Of a DNA stretch of 64,000 nucleotides, positions 25,721-34,073 are shown in pieces. Position 1 is the stretch's first letter. Each line of letters starts with the position of its first letter. The notes beneath the pieces are model-generated. The model did no database searches. It had not been told where the DNA came from and worked only from the letters and a program-made list of their open reading frames with translations. Source of the DNA: Candidatus Schekmanbacteria bacterium (GTDB lineage Bacteria > CSSED10-310 > JACPHN01). The stretch covers positions 35,961 to 99,960 of the forward strand of contig JACPHN010000228.1 of NCBI GenBank assembly GCA_016188575.1. Reading direction: 5' to 3'. A program made the position numbers and the translations under genes.

Positions 25721-26293
25721 TTAGTTCTTCTTCTTGTTCTTCTTCTTCTTGTTCGATTTCTGCTCCTTTTTTTCTTTTCCCTTTTTGTTCCCCTTGTCTC
25801 GCGGTTCCTTTTTTTTCTTTGTCTTGTTCTTCTTTCCTGGAGCCATCGCCTTTTCCTCCTGTTGAATCGACGCAATGCGCTGGGGTGCAGGTGCGGCGCT
25901 GACCTCGGTAGTTATCGGCACCGGCTGCGCCGGCAGATGCTGCTCGGCCGGTGGCGAGGGGGGGATAGGCACAACCGCGCTCACCGGCTCGGTAATGCCC
26001 GATGCCGCGAGAGCCGCATCCCTGAGCTGAGACATCCGCGCAAAACCGACGCCCGGGACTCCCCGCAGGTCATCGTCGGCGGCATTGGCCAAGTCCTGAA
26101 TGGTCATGATCCCCCGCTCGCTCAACACCGCGGCGGTCTTTGCTCCAATGCCCTTTATGGCGGTCAGCGCCGGTGGTTCAATCGTCACGCTGAAGCTCCT
26201 TGTCTGGCGGTTGCCGATAGTCCGGAGACGGTCTTGCTCACCACTGGGTTTGGCCGTGAGGTCGCCAACCCTTGCTGCGACGGGCAAAAGCAT
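25721..26293 (-). CDS. Helix-hairpin-helix DNA-binding domain protein with a Pro/Ala-rich linker and a histone-H1-like poly-lysine C-terminal tail (~190 aa)
   Basis: Two HhH motifs are LTAIKGIGAKTAAVL and LRGVPGVGFARMSQL. The tail is APGKKNKTKKKKEPRDKGNKKGKEKKEQKSNKKKKNKKKN. The coding DNA at 25721-25850 is conspicuously AT-rich (AAG/AAA codons). The start is probably MLLPVAAR, but that is uncertain. Confidence 0.6.
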   Translation of the reverse strand: MLLPVAARVGDLTAKPSGEQDRLRTIGNRQTRSFSVTIEPPALTAIKGIGAKTAAVLSERGIMTIQDLANAADDDLRGVPGVGFARMSQLRDAALAASGITEPVSAVVPIPPSPPAEQHLPAQPVPITTEVSAAPAPQRIASIQQEEKAMAPGKKNKTKKKKEPRDKGNKKGKEKKEQKSNKKKKNKKKN

Positions 26294-26465
26294 ACTTCTT
26301 TTGTCGGCATGCGTAAAGACCGGCCCCGTCTTTGGGGCGCATTTGGTCTCGCTGGAGACTTCGCCCGAGCGTGCCAGGCACCTCTCAACGCTGCTGCAAG
26401 CGCTGTGGTAGTACTGTCGAAATAGTGTTGAAGCTGGCCGCGAAACGCATCGGGAGGTCTTGACC

Positions 26466-27221
26466 ATGACGAGGGCGAGCTGTGTGTTGGGGCGAGCTCT
26501 GTTTCTACTCGCGGTTACCATCGGCGCGGCTTCCGCGGAGAGCGAGCGCGTTCGGGTTCATCTGGTAGACGGGACGGAGAATCTCTGCCACTTGTTGGCA
26601 ATCACGCCCCACGCAATCTCTCTGCTTGAGGCGGGGACGGAGCGGCAGTTCGCGTTGGCCAGCGTGGAGTGGATCGACTTTGGCAATCACGCCGCTGAAA
26701 TGGAGCTGAGCGACAAGGCGAGGGGCGCAGATCCGCACGCCGTGGTGATGACCTCAGGGGCAGCCTACAATGGGGCGATCGTCGGTCTGTCCGACGAGAA
26801 CGTGGAGCTGCGGACGGCGGGCGGCCAAAGAAAGCTGATTTCGGTAGCCCGTGTGGCGCGACTCTATTTTCAGCGACCCGAGTGGTATCCCGAGACAAGT
26901 CGGCTGCACGTGGCGCTGAGTCGGCTGCTGGACGCGCTTCACGAGCTGCGCCGCGCGCTCGATAGTAGCCAGGGAGGCCCCGCGCTCGCGCACACCGCGC
27001 GGGAGTTGCTCGACGCCGCCGAGGCGTTGCAAGCCCAAGCTCACGAGGGGGCTTCGGTGCATGACCTCCGAGCCGGTCTCACCACGCTTGCGGATCGATA
27101 CGACGCGCTACAAGAGGATTTCGAGGCATCCGCGGCGCTCCGGCCGCAGGGCGCCGTGGCGCGGAGCTGGCACCGCCTCGACGCCGCCATGGCCGAGACG
27201 CGTCGGGCCGTGCCGCGCTAG
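26466..27221 (+). CDS. Secreted hypothetical protein (~251 aa) with a signal peptide
   Basis: MTRASCVLGRALFLLAVTIGAASAESE is signal-peptide-like, and a GGGAGG site sits 8 nt upstream of the ATG. I recognised no domain. Confidence 0.55.
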   Translation: MTRASCVLGRALFLLAVTIGAASAESERVRVHLVDGTENLCHLLAITPHAISLLEAGTERQFALASVEWIDFGNHAAEMELSDKARGADPHAVVMTSGAAYNGAIVGLSDENVELRTAGGQRKLISVARVARLYFQRPEWYPETSRLHVALSRLLDALHELRRALDSSQGGPALAHTARELLDAAEALQAQAHEGASVHDLRAGLTTLADRYDALQEDFEASAALRPQGAVARSWHRLDAAMAETRRAVPR

Positions 27222-27270
27222 AGCTCTGAAAATAGCGAAGACAACGGGAACGTGCCGGCATGACGATGTT

Positions 27271-27293
27271 GGCGTCGGCATTCGGCCGACGCC
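27271..27293 (+). terminator. Hairpin GGCGTCGGC, loop attcg, GCCGACGCC, 50 nt after the stop of the secreted hypothetical gene
   Basis: A 9-bp perfect inverted repeat read directly from the sequence. There is no U-tract. Confidence 0.3.
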
Positions 27294-27407
27294 CAATGTT
27301 GGCAGTGGACCGCGGCACTCCTCCGCGCTTGCACCGCCCTGGGAGCCATGCTATTGCGAGGGCGACGCATTGGCGATCCAGGAGTCGACGCATCGGAGGG
27401 TAAGCGT

Positions 27408-28526
27408 ATGGTGAAATGCTCGGCATGTGGTCGGGAGATTCTACCCGAGGCGCGTTTTTGCTCGTGGTGCGGTAGACGCCAATGGATAGACTGCCCCACG
27501 TGCAACCGCGAAGTCCGCGCCGATGCCCGCTACTGTGACGGCTGCGGCCACCCTGTGGGCATGCCACAAGCAGCTACGAGGCTTTCCACTCCGGTCGCCG
27601 CCCACGCCGTCGGCACCAGTCTCGTAGAAAAGGCGGCGGAGCACTGGCAGAACGCAGAGCTGGACGCGGCGCTTGGGCTGTTCGAGCAAGCACTTTCTTT
27701 GTACCGGACAGCGGGCAGCCCGCGGGCCGAAGCGATAACTCTCGCTAACCTCGGGACCATCCACGCTGTTCAGGGGCGCCTCGCGGACGCCGAACGGTGC
27801 TTCCGGGAAGCGCAGCGGAAACACCAAGAGGTGGGAAACATTCCCGCGAGCGCGCTGGCGACGGCGAATCTCGCCGCGATTCTGGGTCTGACAAGACGGT
27901 ACGCCGAGGGGATCGAGTGCTGTCGTGCTGCTGCCGACGCAGTGGGCCTCTCCGGAAACGCGATTGCCAGGGGAACGGTCGCGCACGTGCTCGCGGGGCT
28001 CTTGCGGGACACCGGAGAGCTCGAGGACGCGCGCGCACGGTTTGAAGAGGCGCTGGCGCTGCAACAATCGGCCGACAATGGGCGCAGTGTGGCGCAGGTC
28101 CTGGTGAGCTGGGCGGCGCTCGAGCGGCTCGGCTTCGACGACGCGGTTGAGGCCGAAAACCTCGCAATGGAAGCCGAAGAAACCCTGCGGGACATTGGCG
28201 ACGACATCTACCTGACGCTGTGCTTGTGCGAGCGCGGCCATGTCGCGTTGGCCCTCGGGCTCGAGGCGAGGGAGCTCCTGGAGGAGGCGTACGAGCTTGC
28301 TGAGCCGTTTGCCGCTGGTCCCGACAGCGAGATGGGCCGTGCCCTGGCCCGGCTTGAAGGGGCGCTCGGGGCTCTCGAGAGCGGCGGTGATTTGGTGCGC
28401 GGGGATTGTCCGGACTGGCTTCCAGCAGGGCTCCGGTCCCGGTTGGCAGGTCAGTGCGGCGCCAGCCAGGAGGGCGCAGCGGTGCACGGAAAAACAATGA
28501 CTGGCCGGTCGGAAGCAGGGGGATAA
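27408..28526 (+). CDS. Double zinc-ribbon plus TPR-repeat protein (~372 aa)
   Basis: CSACGREILPEARFCSWCG...CPTCNREVRADARYCDGCG contains two CxxC...CxxC ribbons, followed by TPR-like repeats (AITLANLGTIHAVQGRLADAERCFREA and further copies). The start MVKCSACG has a GGAGG site 8 nt upstream. Confidence 0.7.
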   Translation: MVKCSACGREILPEARFCSWCGRRQWIDCPTCNREVRADARYCDGCGHPVGMPQAATRLSTPVAAHAVGTSLVEKAAEHWQNAELDAALGLFEQALSLYRTAGSPRAEAITLANLGTIHAVQGRLADAERCFREAQRKHQEVGNIPASALATANLAAILGLTRRYAEGIECCRAAADAVGLSGNAIARGTVAHVLAGLLRDTGELEDARARFEEALALQQSADNGRSVAQVLVSWAALERLGFDDAVEAENLAMEAEETLRDIGDDIYLTLCLCERGHVALALGLEARELLEEAYELAEPFAAGPDSEMGRALARLEGALGALESGGDLVRGDCPDWLPAGLRSRLAGQCGASQEGAAVHGKTMTGRSEAGG

Positions 28527-28667
28527 CTGCCCGCGCGGAGTCGTCCGAACCTGTTGCTGTGCCGCCCTGATCTAGCTACCAATTGACATTCAGCGACGTG
28601 GAGCATAGCCTCAGGGCCGCGTCCCCCTTTACATGGACCCCTCACAGCAAGCGTGACAGCGCGCGAC

Positions 28668-29399
28668 ATGGCCGACGAAATCGGTGATAAAGGCGACCGC
28701 TATCGGATCCGCGCCCATCCGGATCTGGCGGCGCCAGACCCGGCTGCCGTGCCGCTCGAACCTGGTTCTGAGGCATCCGATGCGCATGCCCCGGAGCTCG
28801 ATGGTTTTTCCGCGACCGACGCGGCCAGTCGAACGCAGTTTCAGCGCATCATGGGGCGCGCCTCCTCGACCGCGCGATTCAGCTCCGCCGTGGCGGGTGC
28901 GCTCAGCAGCCCGCGGCAGGCCGAGGAGAAGGACCCGCCGGATGTATCCGAGAGCATCTGCCGCCCAAAGAGGAAGAAGTCATCGCGGCCGCCGCGTCGC
29001 ACCGGTCCTGGTGAGCTGAGCTTGGGGGCGATTGCCCTCTATGCGCGTGCGCGCGCCCGCAGGCACGGCGTCCACAGCTCGTCAAGCCTGGGCTGGTTGG
29101 ACGCCGCAGTGCGGTCGTCTGGGGGGGGAGCCGGCGCGGCGGAGATCTGGAAGGTCGCCGTACCTCCTGCCGGCGCCGAGGGGGGAAATCCCTTCTGGCA
29201 GTGGGCCGTTGGCCGGATTCGGCGCATCGCCTCCGCCACCGAGCTCAGCCGGCTCTTGCGGGCGGCGTTGGTAGAGGTCTTGCTGCAGTTCGCGAGTGAA
29301 ACACGACCCGGCGGTGACGGCGAACGCGTGCGGGCATGCATAGAACACGAAGTTAGCGCCCTGCGCGGGGAAGTCTCAACCCGCAAGGCACACCCCTAA
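28668..29399 (+). CDS. Hypothetical protein (low confidence)
   Basis: A long open frame in a GC-rich region with no recognisable motifs. The competing antisense ORFs are shorter. Confidence 0.3.
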   Translation: MADEIGDKGDRYRIRAHPDLAAPDPAAVPLEPGSEASDAHAPELDGFSATDAASRTQFQRIMGRASSTARFSSAVAGALSSPRQAEEKDPPDVSESICRPKRKKSSRPPRRTGPGELSLGAIALYARARARRHGVHSSSSLGWLDAAVRSSGGGAGAAEIWKVAVPPAGAEGGNPFWQWAVGRIRRIASATELSRLLRAALVEVLLQFASETRPGGDGERVRACIEHEVSALRGEVSTRKAHP

Positions 29400-29452
29400 C
29401 CGCCGCGGCTTGCGATCACCGCCTCCACACCGATCCCGGCAGCGGCCCGAGA

Positions 29453-29800
29453 TCAGGCAAAAATATCGATCAGCGTTCCGAGCATCCGGTCGGACGACTT
29501 CACGACGGCCGCGTTGGCTTTGAAGCTATTCGCGGCGTCGGAGCGCTCGACGGACTCCTCTGCGATGTCCGTGTTTGACAGCGTCTTGACCGAGCCGTCC
29601 TTGAAGGCCATGCGGGCCGTAGCATCAGCGTCTTCGACGCGGCCACGCACGCCCCCTCCAGCTCGCTCCTCCGCCCTGACTCGGCTCGCCCTGAATCCTT
29701 CGGTCTGCAGGTTGGCGACGTTGTTCGCCGATACCCCGACGCGTGACGCCTGTAACGACATGCCGGAAATCGCCGCCGACTGGGTAGAAATTGGGTTCAT
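29453..29800 (-). CDS. Flagellar basal-body rod protein FlgB/FlgC-family-like small protein (~115 aa), orphan
   Basis: The N-terminal block AISGMSLQASRVGVSANNVANLQTEGFRASRV is like the rod-protein block ...ANNLANANTPGYK. The C-terminal block VERSDAANSFKANAAVVKSSDRMLGTLIDI is like ...ERANFADNSLKYQ...VL...MLxxLIDI. No other flagellar genes are in the window. Confidence 0.5.
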   Translation of the reverse strand: MNPISTQSAAISGMSLQASRVGVSANNVANLQTEGFRASRVRAEERAGGGVRGRVEDADATARMAFKDGSVKTLSNTDIAEESVERSDAANSFKANAAVVKSSDRMLGTLIDIFA

Positions 29801-29978
29801 ATCAGAGACTATACGTCGCAGCTCGGACCGAATCAAGTGCATGTCCTATGCCCGCCGCTCGCGTCCGGAGGGAACAATACTTCACGCCGATCTGCACGCT
29901 CCTTCATAGCCAGGCGAAGGCGGCAGCCGGCGAACGCGGCACCGAGCGATTCCTTGTTCCTGGCATCCGCGCAGATTG

Positions 29979-29995
29979 TGGCGCGTTTCTTGCAT
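29979..29995 (+). promoter_or_regulatory. Sigma-54 (-24/-12) promoter TGGCGCgtttcTTGCAT upstream of the lipoprotein gene
   Basis: GG and GC are at the canonical 12-bp spacing (consensus TGGCAC-N5-TTGCW). It lies 53 nt upstream of the 30048 start codon, and an NtrC-family activator gene lies immediately downstream. Confidence 0.55.
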
Positions 29996-30047
29996 ATTGG
30001 CTCCAGCCAGGCTGGGACCGCCACTCAAACCGTAGGGAAAGGCACCA

Positions 30048-32363
30048 ATGATGCGCGGACGCATTCTCACAACATTTCTCGCACTATCTCTCATCGCGGC
30101 AGGGTGTACCAATGTGAAAATCGATTCACCCAAGAACGGTGGGCTCTATCCCGATGCTCCGGATTTCAAAGTAAGCTACAACAGTGAGCCGTCAGGCCTC
30201 ACCCTCAAGCTCAACGGCACGGATGTTACCAGTTTCTTCGCCGTGGGCTCCGCCGCCGCGACCGCGTCCGGCGACGCACTGGCCGCCTATGTCCTTCCCG
30301 GCGACAACCAGTTCGAGGTTACCCGGCCGTCTTTCGTGAGCCCCGTCCAGTTTCACTTCGATGTCGTCGGCCCTACCGTCAAGGTGACATCCGTTGACGA
30401 GGCCTCACCTCTCGTCGTTCACGGACGCGTCGAGGACCCGGCCGGTGTGGCGCGCTTGAGCTGCAATGGTGCCGCGGTCACCGTTTCCGGAGGCAGTTTC
30501 ACGGCCACCGTAGCCAACGCCGCCTTCGTCGGCTTCGAGGCGGAAGACGGCTTCGGACACGTCTCCACCACCACCTTTGCGCGGCCCGGCACTGCCCTCG
30601 GCTCCAGCATGGGCGCCCGCCTGAACAAGAGTGGCATCGCCTTCCTGGTGGCGGAAATCTCGAATCTCCTGGGCAAGCTCGACTTCGGCGAGCTGATCAA
30701 GGAGCTCAACCCGCTCTTCGACAAGAGCATCGGTGTGGCGTCCGCTCGCGTGGACGCAACGGATGTCGAGATCTCCGCACCCAAGGTCAGCCTGGCCGTC
30801 TCGCCATCCAACGATGGGACCTTCGATGTCGGAGTTGACATCTCGGACCTCGTCGTCTACGTCCACGCTACCGGAACCGTCATTGGCATTCCGTGGGAAA
30901 CCGACGGAGTCGTCTGGGCGGACCTGGTCAGCTTTGACGGTAAGGCGAAGGTCACCGTCACCAACCAGAAAATCGGTGTGGCGCTGAGCAATCTGTCGCT
31001 GGTTCTGAATGGGTTTGGATTCGACATCAGCGGCTTCCCCGATGTTCTGGAAGGTCTCTTCTTCGACCTGGTCGGCGATCTGCTTGAAGGCTTCATCAGG
31101 GACGAGCTCGCTACACGGATTCCCCCGTATATCGAAGAGTTTCTCAAGAATATCCCCTCTGACTTCCAGATCGATCTTGACGGCCACGCCTTCAGGATCG
31201 CGGCACTGCCCCAGGCGCTGACAACCAAGGACGAAGGCATGTCGGTCCACCTCGCCGCCTCCGTCAGCACCCTTACCCCAGTCGATGTGCCACCAGCCCT
31301 GGGGTCGCTCTACGTTGCTGGCGCGACGCCTGATCTGGGGACCAAGACGCCCGGAGGCAAGGCCTTCGACGCCGGCGCTGTCGTCTCGGGAAACCTGATC
31401 AATCAGGCACTCCTCGAGGGATACCGCGCCGGCCTTACACATGTCGGGCTTGACGAGCAGACCAATCCGCGAATTTCCCCGGCAGGTCTGCGCGGGATCG
31501 GCATGGAGATCCAGGGACTCTTTGATGGAGATGACGTGCGCTTCAACGTGCTGCCATCGAGCCCGCCGTATGCCGGCATTCGCGGCACCCAGACCGCGCT
31601 CGCTGCTCTGGCGATGGACGAGTTTACCTTCGAGCTCGAGCTGCGCAAGCAGGGTACCGACGACTGGCTGCTGGTCTTCGGGGCCGTTCTCGATATGAAC
31701 GTCCCCTTCCTCATCGGCGTCAGCGACAACAACACGGTCAAGGTCACGTTTGAAGAGGTGCCGACCGTGAAGATCCGCGACATCGACGACAGGGGCGTCA
31801 TTGACCTCGACGAGAAGCTCGTGCAAGCGATCATTGATTGGCTCTTGCCGCTCGCCCTGCCGTACCTCGCTGACATCGTCGAGGAAATCAAGATCCCGAG
31901 TTACGAAGGCTATGGCGTCTGGTTGCACGACTTGTTTGCCACCGGCTCCTCGACAGACTACATCGCTTTTGCCGGTAATCTGGTCAAGGATTCGACCCGA
32001 ACCCGCGCCGCGCGTCCGGAAACGTATGTGCTCGTGGAGGATGTTGCGTACACCTCGCGGTCCTTCGCGACCGAGGTCGCACCGGATTCCGCGCTGGATG
32101 GCAAGCTGGTGACCGTGTATGTCGCCGGCGATGTCCCCGGTGCCTCGGTGCTGCAGTACTCGTATCGGCTTGACAGCGGAGAGTGGTCGGTCTGGCGCGA
32201 GCGAACCGAGATCCACCTGCGTCATTTGCTCGCCGGCGATCACGTCTTGGAAGTGCGCAGCCGCACCCCGCAACTTGCGGTCGACCCCACGCCCGCACGG
32301 GTCGTGTTCCGGACTGGACCCGAGTCGTACAGGTTGACGTTGGGGCGACCTTTCGCCCGGTAG
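30048..32363 (+). CDS. Large lipoprotein (771 aa) with a lipobox signal peptide and a C-terminal Y_Y_Y-like domain
   Basis: MMRGRILTTFLALSLIAAGC is a signal peptide ending in the lipobox LIAAGC. The C-terminus VLQYSYRLDSGEWSVWRERTEIHLRHLLAGDHVLEVRSR resembles the two-component-regulator Y_Y_Y domain. The gene is preceded by a sigma-54 promoter. Confidence 0.8.
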   Translation: MMRGRILTTFLALSLIAAGCTNVKIDSPKNGGLYPDAPDFKVSYNSEPSGLTLKLNGTDVTSFFAVGSAAATASGDALAAYVLPGDNQFEVTRPSFVSPVQFHFDVVGPTVKVTSVDEASPLVVHGRVEDPAGVARLSCNGAAVTVSGGSFTATVANAAFVGFEAEDGFGHVSTTTFARPGTALGSSMGARLNKSGIAFLVAEISNLLGKLDFGELIKELNPLFDKSIGVASARVDATDVEISAPKVSLAVSPSNDGTFDVGVDISDLVVYVHATGTVIGIPWETDGVVWADLVSFDGKAKVTVTNQKIGVALSNLSLVLNGFGFDISGFPDVLEGLFFDLVGDLLEGFIRDELATRIPPYIEEFLKNIPSDFQIDLDGHAFRIAALPQALTTKDEGMSVHLAASVSTLTPVDVPPALGSLYVAGATPDLGTKTPGGKAFDAGAVVSGNLINQALLEGYRAGLTHVGLDEQTNPRISPAGLRGIGMEIQGLFDGDDVRFNVLPSSPPYAGIRGTQTALAALAMDEFTFELELRKQGTDDWLLVFGAVLDMNVPFLIGVSDNNTVKVTFEEVPTVKIRDIDDRGVIDLDEKLVQAIIDWLLPLALPYLADIVEEIKIPSYEGYGVWLHDLFATGSSTDYIAFAGNLVKDSTRTRAARPETYVLVEDVAYTSRSFATEVAPDSALDGKLVTVYVAGDVPGASVLQYSYRLDSGEWSVWRERTEIHLRHLLAGDHVLEVRSRTPQLAVDPTPARVVFRTGPESYRLTLGRPFAR

Positions 32364-32481
32364 CCGTAACCCCGATGACCGGTCCGGTTCTGCCGCCGGA
32401 CCGGCAAATAGCCGCCCTCCCTGCGCAACAGGGAGGGCTTTTTCTTGACAGCGCCCGCGTCTTGGCCTAGCCTGCTGGATC

Positions 32482-33873
32482 ATGAGCGAATCCGCCACCA
32501 TCGTCGTCGTGGATGACGAGCCACTCATGCTGAAGTTCTTGGTCAAGAGTCTTCGCAATGAAGGCCATGACGTTTTCGCGGCGACGAACGGGGAAGAGGC
32601 CCTCGCGCTCGTCGATAGCCACAACCCTGACGCGCTCATCGCCGATCTCAAGATGCCGGGAATGACCGGCATCGAGCTTCTGGAGAAGGCGAAGTCCCGG
32701 CGGGCCGGGCTGGATGTCATTGTCATGACCGGCTTCGCGACCGTCGACAGTGCCGTCGAAGCGATGAAAAAAGGCGCGGCAGACTATATTACCAAGCCGT
32801 TTTCGCCTGATGCCATCAAGCTCGCAGTGGCGAAGCTACTTGCTCACCGGCGCGTGCTGCGCGAGAACGACGCTCTCAAAGACCAGCTCGCCGAGCGGTT
32901 CGGCTTTGACAAGCTCATAGGCCAAAGCCGAAAAATGCAGGACGTTTACCGGATGGTGCAGACCGTTGCAGGCGCGACCGTGGTCGTGCTCATCGAGGGC
33001 GAAAGCGGGACGGGAAAAGAGTTGGTGGCGCGGGCAATCCATGCCAACTCGGCGCGCTCCGGTGGCCCCTTTGTCGCGGTCAACTGCAGCGCCCTGGTGC
33101 AGGGCTTGTTCGAGAGTGAGATGTTCGGGCATGAACGCGGCGCATTTACCGGCGCCGTGCAAACCAGACTTGGCCGCTTCGAGCTGGCGAACGGCGGCAC
33201 GATTTTTCTCGATGAGGTCAGCGAGCTGGCACAGGCAGCGCAAGTCAAGCTGCTGCGAGTCCTCCAGGAACGCCAGGTCGAGCGCGTGGGTGGCGCTCGG
33301 CTTCGTGACGTCGACGTCCGGGTAATCTCCGCCAGTAACCGGAACGTGCGCAAGTGCGTGGAGTCCGGGTCGTTTCGGGAGGATCTCTATTATCGTCTCA
33401 ATGTTGTCCGCATCGAGCTTCCACCCTTGCGGGAACGTCTGGACGATCTCCCGATTCTTGTCGAGCACTTCCTCGCGTCCGAAGCGCGTCGCCGCGGCGC
33501 CACGCCGAAGAGGCTCAGCTCGCGGGCTCTCGAAGCGCTGCTGCGCCACTCCTGGCCGGGGAACGTGCGCGAGCTGCAAAACATCATCGCCGGGGCCGTC
33601 GCGTTGTCGCCGTCCGCCGTGATCGTCCCCGAGCATTTTCCCCCGGGCGCGCTGCGCCCCGATGCCGATCCCGTCGGGGCGGACGCCCTACCTCTGCCCG
33701 GACAAATCTCCGGGACGCTCGTGGACGCTCTGGACGCCATCGAAAAGAGGCTGATCGCGCGGGCACTGGAACGTTGCCACTGGGTGCAAGTAGCGGCCGC
33801 CAAGGAGCTCGGAATCAAACGCGCAACGCTGCAGTACAAGATGGCCAAGTATGGCCTGCTTGGCAAGGCGTAA
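32482..33873 (+). CDS. Sigma-54-dependent response regulator (NtrC family): receiver, AAA+ sigma-54 activator and HTH domains
   Basis: IVVVDDEPLMLKFL...D54 region is the receiver domain. GESGTGKELVARAIH is Walker A and GAFTGA is the sigma-54 contact motif. A C-terminal Fis-type HTH is present. Confidence 0.9.
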   Translation: MSESATIVVVDDEPLMLKFLVKSLRNEGHDVFAATNGEEALALVDSHNPDALIADLKMPGMTGIELLEKAKSRRAGLDVIVMTGFATVDSAVEAMKKGAADYITKPFSPDAIKLAVAKLLAHRRVLRENDALKDQLAERFGFDKLIGQSRKMQDVYRMVQTVAGATVVVLIEGESGTGKELVARAIHANSARSGGPFVAVNCSALVQGLFESEMFGHERGAFTGAVQTRLGRFELANGGTIFLDEVSELAQAAQVKLLRVLQERQVERVGGARLRDVDVRVISASNRNVRKCVESGSFREDLYYRLNVVRIELPPLRERLDDLPILVEHFLASEARRRGATPKRLSSRALEALLRHSWPGNVRELQNIIAGAVALSPSAVIVPEHFPPGALRPDADPVGADALPLPGQISGTLVDALDAIEKRLIARALERCHWVQVAAAKELGIKRATLQYKMAKYGLLGKA

Positions 33874-34073
33874 CGACCCGTAACGAAATAACTGTGTCAA
33901 GCACCGAGGCCGAGCGAGAAGGCCGCTGGCGAGGAACGACGACGAAGCGTATCAATGGAGCGATACGGTGAGGAGGAGAGACGAAGCCAGCGGCCTTCGC
34001 AGCCGGCCGAATGCAACAGTTATCTCGTTACGGGTCCGAACTGCGCTGCGCGGTGGCCGTGATGTCGCGTCCA

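Noticed and set aside
27441-28497. 348-aa and 250-aa minus-strand ORFs opposite the zinc-ribbon/TPR gene
   Set aside because: The plus frame has two CxxC zinc ribbons and TPR repeats. The antisense frames are Arg/Pro-rich.
30405-32726. 773-aa minus-strand ORF antisense to the lipoprotein gene
   Set aside because: The plus strand has a lipobox signal peptide, a Y_Y_Y-like domain and a sigma-54 promoter. The antisense translation is Ser/Arg/Ala-rich with no domains.
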